A stretch of DNA of 64,000 bases from Octopus vulgaris (lineage: Eukaryota). The position numbers and the translations under genes are program-made. The DNA lies in NCBI GenBank assembly GCA_951406725.2, contig OX597816.1, positions 81,158,001-81,222,000 of the forward strand, given 5' to 3'. A model generated the notes under the pieces. That model was given only the letters and a program-made list of their open reading frames with translations. It searched no databases and was not told the origin of the DNA. Each line of letters begins with the position of its first letter. The first letter of the stretch is position 1. Below, piece by piece: positions 41,731 to 55,326 of this stretch.

Positions 41731-42425
41731 ATACATCCAACGCAATGAGTTTTCCACACAGATATTCTACTCCTTAATACGCCAAAAAGAAAAATTATTG
41801 TGGAAGTTGGTCTTCAACCAAACAATAAACACCTCAGTTCACTACATTATGATGAACTACATAAAGGTGCTGGGTGGCGGTTATGTATAATGATTCTAAG
41901 GAATTACATTTTATGGATTAGTTTCCCATCTGTTATCTTTCGCCAGTCTACATAAATTTGGGCACTGGAAAAACGGACGAATTTTTGTCCAGTAAGTTAT
42001 ATATTCTTCGCCCCTAGATTACTGAGGTGGCAGAAACAATAGAACCTCACCCTAAATAAATGTCTAGTAGCGTTTATTTGCTGTTTTCTTTGTTCTGAGT
42101 TCAAAATCCACTATAATCAACTCTTCTCTCCATTTCTTCGAGGTACATCGTATAATTACCGGTAATACATCGCCGTATACGCTGAAGACTATGTACAGCC
42201 ACAAAAATTAGATTCGCTTACGATTACGTCTGATCTCCCGCTACAACCAGCCATGAGCAGCATTTCATCTTTGTAGGTATTTACATTACAGTGGATTGTG
42301 CCGTTAAAAGTTGAGAACGCTCTTCCTTATAATATTGTGTCATCGAGAATAAAATGTAAACCACTTAAGTTCACACAATCATCAGCAACAATTTTCTACT
42401 TCACATGAAAACCATTTGTTTTCAT

Positions 42426-42677
42426 CAGTTAATCGCTACCAAGAAATGGTTAATAGCTACCAAAAAATAGTTAATTGCTACCGAGAAATAATTTAGTGTT
42501 AACAAGAAGTAGTTAATTGCTGCCAAGAAATAGCTTATTGCTGTCGGAAAATAGTTGATTGCTAACAAGAAATGGTTATTTGCAACAGTTAATATAGTTA
42601 TTTCTATCAACAATTGGTAAATCGCTACCAAGAGATGATTAGTTACTACTCAGAATAGTTCATTGCTTCTAATGAAC
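42426..42677. repeat. Degenerate 21-bp minisatellite, about 12 units, consensus TAGTTAATTGCTACCAAGAAA
   Basis: Units such as tggttaatagctaccaaaaaa / tagttaattgctaccgagaaa / tagttaattgctgccaagaaa / tagttgattgctaacaagaaa. Confidence 0.9.
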
Positions 42678-42968
42678 ACATAACCAATAACAGAAACTAC
42701 TTCCAAAATTAAAGAATTATTGAAAATTTAAACCAGTCTAGCAACACGAAGAAATATCTAGTAATTCAAATCAATTTAAATCATCTTGTATAAGAATACA
42801 TACAACAAGACATTCTGAAACAATAAGAACAAGCATTGTTAATACAATTCATTTCACCTTAATTGTGTTCAGTGTAATTAAATCTCATTTTAATTTTTAC
42901 AATGGCAACGTTAATTTCAAAAGGTCATTTTAAAAAAAAGCGTGTTGTTTTGCTTTATTTTTCTTTAG

Positions 42969-43022
42969 ATTTTTGCCTTCAGTGAAAATCTAAAACCTCA
43001 TTGCTAATTGCTATGTCTCAGG
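42969..43022 (+). other. Candidate 54-nt exon ending ATG TCT CAG G (possible start codon exon)
   Basis: Acceptor TTTATTTTTCTTTAG| (alternative TTTTGCCTTCAG| at 42982) and consensus donor AGG|GTAAGT. Stops in all frames upstream of the ATG at 43013. Confidence 0.45.
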
Positions 43023-44594
43023 GTAAGTCGCGAACACACTTACCCCACCGTTACCATGTCAATCTCCGTATCCGTAATAGTGTTTAGGTGTTCCAGGAAG
43101 TAGTGAGGGCGATGTGTTTTGCCGATGTCAAATACTCTATATTATTTATCTATAACTCTTCATTTGCAATTGACTCTACTCTGACACATTTTCTAGTGCA
43201 CAACTTTGTGCAATAATGAATACCGTGTAAATGATTGAAGCATAATCCTTATGAATGTATTCTATTTACATGTCAAGTATTTTCAATATCATTCCATTTT
43301 TAAGTGTTTGCTATTATCGTTTGAATTTTCAAATTGTTCAAATAAATGATGTCAAAAATCCGAAGCCAAATTAAAGAAGGCTGAATAAATGAAACATTTC
43401 TTAAAAAAAAAGAAAATGAAACCTTAGTTTACAATTCTAATTATTCTTGAAATTTAGTTAAAGGTCAGCTCTGATCCAGCAAGATTATTATCAAAAACGT
43501 TTTAGCTTCGACCGCCCTACCTTTCCTTTCCAGTTCCAGCATATCAAGGATTATATTGTTCAGTACATAATTCTTTTTTTTTAATGCTGCGACACATGAG
43601 AGAGATTTAGTTGTAAATTCCAACGAATTCCACTCGTTGGAGTGGGTCAGAACAACATGGAAGTTTCTTCGTTGGTTCAGGAAATTCAAATTTAAGAGTG
43701 ACGGAGTGGCAGGATGGGTAGAATGCGGGAAAGAGTGCCATGTTGTATTTTAAGTAAGTCTCCTTAAACCAGATCCTATGTATGTCGAGTTGCCTTTCAT
43801 CTTTTAAGAATCTTTAAGTCTAGTAGCAATCAGTAGAATTAGGAATCAATCGAAAAGTAATATATTTCTCACTAAAAGTATGTGATCTAGTAATTCGATT
43901 TCAAGCTTTGATTCTAATGATTTTTTTATGTACAATTAAAATGAAATAATGTAAAAAAGTTGAAACTTTACAATTTTGACTTCAAATTCATCAGTAGTTC
44001 GAATGACCAAAGGACAAAAATAAAAACAAAAAAAGCATTAAACTCTCCAGTGGTTGGTAGGAATAACAAATAATCGGCACATAAATTTTTATAGTGCAGT
44101 GAGTCGGGCAAATGTGTTGTACTCCCGATAGGCAAAATGGCGAATGCTATGCATTATTCCGAAGAATGGTGAGGGAGATGCGCTGAAAGAACTATTCTAC
44201 TCTACGTGGCTCATTTTTGTGTCTGAATATATAAAAATCACAGCTTAAAAAAAATTCCATTCGTTCGTCTATGTTTGTTTTTTTGTTTCCAATTTATGAA
44301 AACATTTTGCGTGAAGATTTTATGTCAAACTAGAAGAAAAAACTGAAATAAAACAGAAACCTGAATCGAAATACCTAGTTCCCTGAATCAAGAATGTCGT
44401 TCTAACACATTTGCCCTGGGTTATCTATCTCATTTAATCTGCTTTAGTATCCTGTTGAAAGTAACAATTCCACTGACTCAGTTGCAAAAATAATTTGTCA
44501 AAAACGTCTAAAATGTACATTATTTACCTTATTTATTGAAGCAAGATATACTCACACATACAATTATATGAATACACACACATATATATACATG

Positions 44595-44648
<54 letters not shown>

Positions 44649-44834
44649 TAGCGTGTATATATTTGTGCATGTGTACGTGTGTGTACACTCACACACACAC
44701 TCGTTCACACCCCACAGAGTTATGCGTAGGTCCTTTTTGATATTCTTATATCCATTCTGCCAACTTTTACTGCTGACAACTTAGTTTTGCTTAAATGATA
44801 TTCGTTACTTTTACACACTAAAGCATCCATCAAA

Positions 44835-46340
44835 CGTCAAACCACCACCACCACCACCACCATGATCATCATCATCATCATCAATGCCATGCCATCTTCA
44901 TCAGGTTTGTTATCATCGCTGCACATATCACCACCACAATAAACACAATTATTACAACCATTACCACTATCATCAATACAACCTTCACCACCGCCTCCAC
45001 AAACACCACCCTCTCCAGAACCAATATTACATAACCACCGACCCAGCATTACCATCGCCATCATTACCTCTACAATTCCCGTTCACATTATCATCACTAC
45101 CCATTTTCAACATTATAACTCTCTCCAAGATCATTGCCATTACTATGAGTGTCACTATCCCCAATCCCCGCTTTCATCATCAACATGACCAGCACCATCA
45201 TTGTCATCAATTTCACCTTCATTATAACCACCACAACTAATATTACCAGAAAGTTAAGAGTTTGTCTCCACCTCACTATTAAAATATTCTTCCATACTGT
45301 TCATTTCTAGAGTGTTCTTCTACCCAATGCATTTCACCTCTTCTTCGTTCTTATACTTTCTTATAACATCATCTACTCCGTTTGGCTACATCCACTTCTG
45401 TCACTGCCATTATCATCATCATCTCCTTCTCCTCGTCATCCTTCTCCTCGTCATCCTTCTCCTCATCTTTCTGTTTATCCTCCTTCATCTTCCCCTTTTG
45501 TAACTGCCTTCTTTTCCTTTCCATTAAATCTACTGATTCTTCTTGCTATATTTATTGCTATTATTGTCATTCCTCGTCTTCCACTCCACCCCTAATTTTT
45601 CTCCTTTGCCTACTTCAATTGTTTCTTGGTTGTCTTCTTTTACTTCTACCTTTTGTATATATTTTTCTTCTCGCACCTACCTCTTTCTTTCTATCTACTC
45701 TTCTTCTGCTATCTACTTTCCTTATTGTAATTCTGATTCGAGTTACCCACCACGACCTCAAAAACAACTACAACACTGCAACCAATACCGACTGATCGAT
45801 CCACCTACACAACACCACAACCAGCCGCCATCACCACCAAACGAAAACAACCATTGCAGACACCACCACCTCATCAACACTAACCATTAGCTATATATCG
45901 ATATATTCGATCACCAAACCCTATCAGTAGTTCCATCACTAAGGCTGCCAATAGTTCATCCTTATCACTAATCCAATCACTGAAACGTTGTCAAAATTAA
46001 CCGTGTAAAACTCAATGTCACTCCAGGGATATATTTCTCATCAAGTAAATTCCATAAAATGCCAGCCACCCCATCTCAAACCCGCCTCACATCACTTCAC
46101 TATAATTACAACCACCTCACTTCACAACCCACCTACCATCACCACCACCAACACCAGTCACTTCATTCTCATGTTACAATCGCCGATGTCCAATCGTAGA
46201 AAATCCAGTAATATATTTACCGATGGATGATGGCTGCCACTTACGCATTTACTCTTCACGCTTACAATCGAATGATAATAACAACAACAACAACAACAAC
46301 AACAACAATAATAATAATAATAATAATGGTGATAATAATA
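44835..46340. repeat. CA/CT-rich degenerate trinucleotide block
   Basis: Directly visible; includes (TCCTTCTCCTCGTCA) about x3 at 45424-45468 and (AAC)(AAT) runs. Confidence 0.85.
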
Positions 46341-47958
46341 ATCTCACTTATCCCTGATTTTGCATACATATGAGTATGTGATTATTTAGGTATGTTTGCA
46401 TGTATGTATGCAAACAAATCTGTATATACACAGAATTTGTATCGATAGTGTTAAGAAGTAGAGCTATCAACAGAAAAATGAAAGAATCCGAATACCTTTA
46501 GTGAGTGAACCAACTCACGTTGTTAGCCGTAATCAAATCTCGGCTCTCAAAGAGAATGAGATATTATCTAGCTAGTCCATTTTTCTCTTCAATAGAATAC
46601 TCGGGATTTAACTTATACTTGACCTGTCTCAAACCCCTACAATCATTTATAACAAAACTACAACAGCTTTTGTCATTTAAATAAACCACGAGAAAGGAAG
46701 TGGTCACGTAGCTTTACTTTCACTGAATTGAACAGAGGGGGATTTTATTTTAATGTTTATTACATTCTCTCACATCAGAGTTTTAGCTCTGCTGTTGTTA
46801 AACGCTGAAAGAAAATAGGATTAATCTTGAAATAATTCTACCCCGAATCGACATTTTTGACATGTTGTTACAGTGACAATGTTTAAGTGAATCATTAGAA
46901 ATCAGTGATAGTAATAACGTGTCGAAGCAAAGCACTTGAGCAACCGCAATGATTTTAACCAGTACACAGATATACACATGGAAAAAAAACACGCACACAA
47001 CCACACAGACACACTCACGCAACCACATACACTCTCATACACACCGAAAACACTGCGGCAAATAGAAGACTATAGGAACACGCTAAGACACACAGACACA
47101 CATACAAAAACATGCGCGCGCAAACACAAGCCTGCTCACATTTAGATACCAGCATCATCACTCACCATCCTCCCAAAATAGCGCAGAATTCAAGTGAATG
47201 ATAGACATACACGAGACCTGCAATTTGTATATGATACCTGATGTTCCACAAAAGTCACTGACATTGTTTGTATAAGACATGCACAGGCAGACCTGTGTTC
47301 ACGGCATTAATACAAATGTAAAATAAAAAGAAAAAAAACTACAACTACTACTACTACTACTACGACTACTTAACAACATGGAATTTAGCAAGCTTTTGTT
47401 ATTTCATTTCGCTACTTTAAAATATCACAAAGAAAGAAGTAGCTGTCAGTGTTAAAGAGAGCTTCATTGTTCAAACTTGGCAATTGTTACACTGGTGTTC
47501 AAAGTATTTGTTTGACAGAATGGCATCGAACCAACAGGAATATTCATTAAGAAATGAATATATATATACGCACACACACATACACAGACACACACATGTG
47601 CATGTATGTGTGTGTATGTGTTACACACACACATATAGACACGCACATGCATACATAGATGCATAGAGATTATAAATTCACATTTATATCAATAATAATT
47701 GGTACACTTGGTTTTATGAGTAAACGCCAAAGTAATAACCTGGGTAAGCTAAGGTTTTCAGAAAAAGAAATCAACCACCAAACTCGCACATTACAAATAC
47801 AACCCGTAAGTGGAACAGTAGAATATGCAAAACTTTTCTCAAGTTAAAAATATGGCATTGGTTTTTATCTACATTCCAACTATGGGGCTGTGTATCTTCG
47901 TTAGAAACCAGCTCCTTCCTCACCGGAAAAATTTTAATAATTAAAAACAGGAGAGAAA

Positions 47959-47989
<31 letters not shown>

Positions 47990-48759
47990 CATACATACAT
48001 ACATACATACATACATACATCTTACTACTAAATAGGTAATCAGTTGAAATTTACACTGCATTACAACAAAACAGACATACATACGAACATACCTCAATTA
48101 TTATGGATAATGTGCGCTGCATGATCTCAACAGCATTCGAAAATGCAATATTGAAACAAATGTGTGTGTGTGTATGTGTGTGTGTGTGTGCGTGTGTGTG
48201 CGTGTGTGTGTGTGTGTTTGCGCGCGCGTCCTGTGTGTGTGTGTGTGCATAAAGTCATCCATTAACGTCTAGACCTAAAAAAATACGAAATATTTTTAAT
48301 TTTCTGGAACACCTTACATAGAAAAACATTCTGCATACGATTTTCGATATAAATGAAGAAAGAAATAAATGAATTGGAAAAATGTTTTATGCTTTCAGAG
48401 TTTATGAAGCATATACAAAAAACAACTCAATGCTTTTATTATTTGTTATTCCATTTAATATTGTAAAAGACATTTGTTTCCATTTTCTTTCTATGTTCTG
48501 AACATGTCCCCGTAACACCTTAGTACATTTCAAAATTATCCTTTTATGTGGAGCATTATCTCTACATTCGAATCTGCATGCATTTATCATCTTACTGTCT
48601 TCAAAACATTTAAAAAATAGAATTGTGATCTTTATTTCTGTTGTGTGGACGCCCCCAGACGATGAAGTAACTAGCCCAGTACGTAGATAAACAGGAAGAA
48701 GTCTAGACGTCGGGAGTTGAGTAGAGGTCATCGGAACGAGCGATATAACAATTTCATAA

Positions 48760-48792
48760 CTAGCTGATCCTGTGCCGTCAAAAATGACGGTT
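48760..48792 (-). mobile_element. Possible Helitron 3' terminus
   Basis: Minus strand CCGTCA-tttt-TGACGG hairpin, 11 nt, then CTAG followed by T. Confidence 0.35.
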
Positions 48793-49011
48793 AATTGTAG
48801 TAATTTTAAATAGAAATAAGGTATAGAATAAGGCACATAATAATCACAGATACAAACATTCACGTAGTTCCTTTGTACATGCACACACATACAACCATAT
48901 ACTGACACAGAGTTGAAACGCTGATTTTTTTCACTCCTTCCTTCTTCATTCATATGTTGTGACGCAGAAACACGACGCGCTCCTTGCCACTTCCTTTCTC
49001 TCATTGCTATT

Positions 49012-49043
<32 letters not shown>

Positions 49044-49649
49044 CCTCGGGGCTACTACTCTCACCACTTCTTCACTGAATTACTATTTTCTCTCATCCCC
49101 CTTCACTTATACTACTCTTTCTCCTACTCCGTCCTACTCATACTCTGTGATTTTGATAAATATATATATATAACACTATGCTCATTATTATATTAGGATA
49201 TTCTCTATTCAGTTTCATCTCTTACGTCTTTGTCATAATCCTCACAATAAGCATGTTGCTACTTTAAATTTAAAAGGTCTTCATCATTGATGTCTACGAC
49301 TTACCAATAAGCCAATTCTCTGCCATTACTGGCACCTTATTTGTGCTTAGATCCTCCAAGAGGACATGTTTCAAAGTTGTCAACTATCGTAAATTATTTA
49401 TCAGCAGTATATGGAATTTGCAGTATTTATGATTTGATCGCAAACTACCGAACACATAAAGTCGAGAAACGCAATATTTGGTCACATAGCAGTCGGAGTA
49501 AGCTTTGGTGAGTATGTGTGTGTGTGTGTGTCTGTGGTGCCAAAAAAAAGTCTCCATTTTAAGCGGCCATTGGAGTGGCGTTAGTGAAATTAGGCAGGTA
49601 GAATGTCTTCACGTAGCTATGGTTTTACAGCCTTTTTTTTTAGTTTATA

Positions 49650-50630
49650 TCATATTTGGAACTGATGCGCACTATGTATTTATTGTTGAAACGTTTGTCA
49701 AGAATAGTGCGTTAGTGATTGCGATACAAAGAGCTTTTCATAATCTTTTCGAGCTAAATCGAAATGAAGCGCTTTCAGACAGAAAAATTCCATACTGCTA
49801 TGGATTGATAATTCAAGACCATAGGTTGGGCGCTAAAAGAAAAACCTCTTAGAAGAGCTCGGATTGCTCGAGCTCTAGAAAGATATGAGACAACGTTTTG
49901 CATTCTCCTAAACGTTCAGCCATAAGTATGCTTGTGTTCTGAAGAATTTTTAACTCTAATTTCAAGTTCTAATCACATAAAATTATGCCTCGTGATCGTG
50001 ACTGGGAAACCCGCATGATATGCTGTGAGGATGTGTTTTTACAATGTTCTTGCAGATACTGTTTTTTCCTTGCAAGCGACGAAGTCCGCTTTCATTTGTC
50101 TGGCTGAATCAATAAGCAGAATTTTCGATACTGGGTGGAAAACAATCCTAAACAACATTATGAAAGGCCGCTACACAGCACCCAAGTTACTGTATGGTGC
50201 ATTGTTGCAAATCTTGATATTTGGTGCCTTGACTTTTTTATGAGCGAAGCAAAATGGTTACAGTAACATGTGGAGATGCTACGAAACTTTGAGCCAAAAC
50301 TCACAGAGTTCCAAAATTTGGATTTATGGTTTCAGTAGGATTGAGCCACCGCTCAAACAGAGAGACGATGAATGGTAGTTTTAAGAAAACAGTTCCCAGG
50401 ATACTTGATTTCATTGCACGGCGACGATCGCTTGATCTTACTTCTCTGATTATTTTCTCTGCAATTATCCGAAAGCTAAGTTCTACAAACATCGACCAAT
50501 AACCACTGAAAAAATGCAAAATTACCGTCAGAAATGACTTACCGAATGATGAAAAGCTTCAGAAATCGATAATGTATCGTGATTTTAGTCCATCAATTGT
50601 AAGGTATCATTTTCAAAGCCAAATGAAACC
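49650..50630 (+). pseudogene. Decayed Tc1/mariner-superfamily transposase, probably DD41D (rosa/Visitor)-like
   Basis: FIVETFVKNSALVIAIQRAF (HTH region), SDEVRFHLSG*INKQNFRYWVENNP..RPLHSTQVTVWC, WFQ*D*ATAQT, VLRKQFPGYLISLHGD, DYFLCNYPKAKFYKHRP. Many stops and frameshifts. Confidence 0.8.
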
Positions 50631-50748
50631 AACTGTATCTATTCACGTTAACGTTATTAAAATATGTTTTGAATAACATTTATCTTTTTGCCAACCTGTA
50701 AATTATGGGAGATGTATTTTATTTCTTTCGTATCCTGTATGTTGTATG

Positions 50749-50784
<36 letters not shown>

Positions 50785-50812
50785 TACACAGATACATACA
50801 TACATACATACA

Positions 50813-50893
<81 letters not shown>

Positions 50894-51519
50894 GTGGGGT
50901 GAGATTTAATGACATGAAAAGATTGCGTTTCACTCTGAAAACTACATTATTCTTTGATATACACCTGTAACTTTGTCGAACTTCTTCGTAGGATTTCGTT
51001 CAGAATGAAGAAAGATAGAGGATATTTTCTATGTATGTATGTGCGTGTGTGTATGTGTACATATCTGTGTCTCTGTATGTGTGCATACAACAAATAATCT
51101 CATGTTTATTATGATATATATATAGATGGATACACATAAATAACATATATAAATAACCGTACACCTAAATATATGTATAAATGCGCACACACACACACAC
51201 ACACACACATACACGCACGTACATACATGCACTATTATTGTTTATCAGCAACTATAATGACTTGCATGAAATATACGCCTGTCGAAAGTCCATTAAATCT
51301 ATTCCTTATAATTACGTTACCGTAAGCACACAAACGTACACAAACACATCGTAAAACATAGTAATGCACAGAGCCACTGCTTTTAATCATTTCCCTTGAT
51401 ATGCTTGGTCAACCGATCAAAATGTTTAAAGTAGATGCACACACATACACACACATATATGGCAATGTGTAAATTTATATAAAGGTAATGTAAATGATGT
51501 ATATTTATACAGGTAATTT

Positions 51520-51861
51520 ATACATATATAGATATATGCATATGTGTATAGTTATATATATACACATATAGGTATTATAAATATGCATACCGAATATAAT
51601 ACACACATTTACAGACATATACACCGGTACTCACACATTATATATATATATACATATATATACACATACATATACATATATATACGTATATACATACACA
51701 TACATAAATATGCATTTATACATACATATACATGCATATATGTATGTATATATACATATATGTATACTTACATGTACATGCATATATATATATATATATG
51801 TATACTTACATATACATACATATACATATATACATGTATATACATACATGTATATATACGC

Positions 51862-51912
<51 letters not shown>
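51520..51912. repeat. Degenerate (TA/CATA)n tract
   Basis: Directly visible. Confidence 0.9.
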
Positions 51913-51914
<2 letters not shown>

Positions 51915-52290
51915 GTCAGAGAGCAAAGAACGTACGTTTAGGCCTGATTATCGTTAAGTTTGTTTAGTGAGAGGGCTATGTTGTTTATTAATTTAACGGC
52001 ATTTACGAAATACCAATGCTACATCACAGACTCAGATGCGCTTCAACGAATTTGTATTATATGATGACGTGTGTAAGATTAAAGTATTTTTTAGCAGCGT
52101 CAAAATTTCATGAAGTTTACATGCTAAATTTCTCGTGAATAAAGAGTATGTTAATAGTATATAAAGTGATGTTTTACAAATTAAAGGAAATAATGCTGTT
52201 GCTCTTCTGTTTTACCTTTTTTTTTTGTGGTGGGGTTGATGTTTTTGTTGGAGGAAAAATGAACAAATTTCAAAAATATAACTTAATGAT

Positions 52291-52291
52291 T

Positions 52292-52360
<69 letters not shown>

Positions 52361-52405
52361 TTAGGTAGGTAGGTATGTAGGTAGGTAGGTGGGTAGGTAG
52401 GTAGG

Positions 52406-52487
<82 letters not shown>
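52291..52487. repeat. (GATA)n with an internal (GGTA)n block
   Basis: Directly visible. Confidence 0.95.
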
Positions 52488-54570
52488 TCAAATGTTGTTA
52501 AACTAAAATGTATGGTATATACAGACATGTTCAGAAAGTGCCCGCGCACACACACACACACATACATGCATGCGTGTGCACATACGTGTGTGTGTGTCTG
52601 TCTGTGTCTGTGCGCGCGCGAGTGCCTGTGTAGTCCGTTTACTTGTATACCGGATAATAGAATAATGCCGTTAAATACATAAGATTTCAAAACATCGAAC
52701 CTTTTAACATTAAATCTGTGTAAAATTCGTCGTTTATTTGCATATACAAATAACAGCAATTTCGGTTAATTTCATGAGATTTTTTCACAGATTTTTAGCG
52801 TAACAAAATGTCGAAATTTAACACAAAACAGAACATTAATTTTGTTTTATATGAATGAAATGAATCTGTAAAATTCCATTTTCATGATGAATAAACAACT
52901 AATGTCAAAAGAGTCAAATATAATCATATTACTTTTACCATTTCAATAAATTAAAGTTATTCATACCATTTCAGTAAATTAAATATAGATTCCGGTATAT
53001 TTTGGTCTTGTTTGTGTAATAAATCTTCATTGTAGATAAAATTTCTAAAAGAAAATAATTTTGAACCAAGGAGTGAATGGACGTTACTTTGTTCTTTTCA
53101 TTATCGACACACTCGCCTTTGGTATAGACCCAATCTAAATTGTTGTTAATCCGATTGACCCTTATTATTATGTAGCCCAGAATGCTTGAGAATCATTGTC
53201 CGGTCGAATAAACCTGGTTAAAATGTATAATTAAAGAATTTATAAAACGAATTAAAAATTTCGTTGGAGATAGTTTAGACGAATCTCATACCAATAAATA
53301 TATAGTAAAGAAGAACAGTTTAGACAAGGTTGAACGTACTATATATTGCAAAAAATAGTTGTTTTATTTTTTTCTACCGGTCGTATTTCATAATCTATCA
53401 CATACTACGCGAATTCGGTTAATTAAACACTATATATAAAAGATACTGTTGAAAAAGCGTATTCTGACTAAAGTACATCTGGAGCCAATGTAGATAATAA
53501 GTTCAGATTTAGAATAAAACATATCTCCTATCAAAAAAAAAGAAAAACCAATTTGAAATGTTTGAAACAAACCTTTTGAACCTTGAGGAGTAAACTTCCG
53601 GTAAATTCAGAATAGGTTTTTAAATTCTTCCATGCAAATTCCTCTGTCTGTCAAACCAAATACTTTTTACAGTATCGTGAGAAATCCATATAACAGACTA
53701 TTATGTAAGAACGTAACTAGCACAGGAAAAACGGCTCTAATACATATAGTTTAATAAAATTGAAAGCCACGGAAATTGTCGCAACCTTCAAAACAGACAA
53801 CAAAAAATTTCACTTCGCACACATCAGATATTACATTTAAAGATTACAAAAATTGTTTTCTCTAGTAACCTATATGCAGGTTAATCTATGCACCAAAATT
53901 GGGGTAGGCAGAGTTAACAAATTAAACGTATTTTAAATTTCGTTATTCTTAGAACAAAAGAAAAGCAAAAAAGAAAACGAAACTTTTTCTCACATCATGA
54001 AGCATTAATACGGCCATAATAGACTGGTTTAGCGGTATTAATGACAGACAACACTGTAAATTTATGCAATTTGACGAAATTGAATCTTTATTTATAGAAG
54101 AGCAGTGCCCTTCCATGACTAAATTACTTCTTAAAATTTAAACTATCACCAACAGCATCACAGAATCCTATAGCAAGAGCAATATGAAACAAGGAAAAGC
54201 GTTTCATTTTTAAATAACTCATCCTTGTTAAAAAACATAAAGTGGTGACAAGTGGTTTGAGGTTTTCATAGGATCACGTGAAGAACTACAGTAATTTATA
54301 ATTTTGATTTCTTTCCTAAAAGATTTCTATAAGATATGATCGTCGTATAATCTCGTACAGTATGAACGCTGCTGAGCTAGGATTGGGGAAAACCTCAATG
54401 AAATAAGTTTAAGAGTTACAGCCTAGACAAGCCAAGTTAGTTTTCTGGAGATTAGCTTAAATGTAGATACGAATATATTTTGCCCACAATAAAAAACCTA
54501 ATGGAAAACTATTTCATATAAGAATTCGCTTCATTAGTCCCACATGGCATTCTCAGAAATGTAGTACGTA

Positions 54571-54619
54571 ATCTTTTATCTTTCACTTGTTTCAGTCATT
54601 AGACTGCGGCCATACTGAG
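54571..54619 (-). mobile_element. Isolated SINE A 3' tail
   Basis: ATCTTTTATCTTTCACTTGTTTCAGTCATTAGACTGCGGCCATACTG. Confidence 0.8.
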
Positions 54620-54639
54620 ATCTTGAAGAAAAAGTTCTA

Positions 54640-54850
54640 AAATAGTTTGTCCGGAAGTTACATTGTATTGGGCGGGTTTTGTTTTATCTTTCATCAATAT
54701 GTTCTTCCATGAAAGTAAAACAGAAAAAGATCCTTTTTTTTTTACAAACCTTTCACAGCGTTTTTGGCTTTCAAAAGAAACAATTTCAGCGACATTTAAG
54801 ACGATAAAGTCAATTCGTGGAAATACTGTTCTATCTCTTCTGGGCATTTT
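54640..54850 (-). mobile_element. Possible mariner 3' fragment
   Basis: ATAGTTTGTCCGGAAGTT resembles mariner TIRs. Minus-strand EEIEQYFHE..KRCERFV..EEHIDER* resembles a transposase C-terminus. Confidence 0.4.
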
Positions 54851-55180
54851 CGTTCAAATTCACGCTGCAAGCAATGCCTGAACGAAACGTTATTCATATT
54901 ATTTCAAGATAATCCATAGTTTAAACGAACGATCAGATGTTAATTCACTGTAGACACGATTCTAAATATTTAATTTACTATATTTCCCTTAAGGGCTAAA
55001 TCAAACAGTAGTATGTGCCGCAAATAGTTGAATATTAAGAATATTCGGAATCATATGTACTTCAACACCGCAGAGTCTAGAGATTTTAACGAAAGCTTGA
55101 TACCTCAAATTATTCTGGCTGCACAGTTTGTTTGCCTTTGTTTGTTCAGACACGCGTAAACAATCAAGTATAAATGAAAG

Positions 55181-55326
55181 ACAGTGTGAATTAGAAGTTT
55201 CCAGTGCAACTACACTGTTTGATGTTCAATTTCGCCATTACGGCATCTAGATCAAGTGTCATCTATTATAGTTCAGGCTCCACTAAAGCTTTGTGAAATT
55301 TGGTAGATGGAAATTGCATCGAAGCT
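55181..55326 (+). mobile_element. Highly diverged SINE A 5' half
   Basis: CAAGTGTCATCTATTATAG..CTAAAGCTTTGTGAAATTTGGTAGATGGAAATTG. Confidence 0.6.

Noticed and set aside
42426-42677. Possible CRISPR-like array
   Set aside because: Units are contiguous and degenerate with no unique spacers; eukaryotic context, no cas genes.
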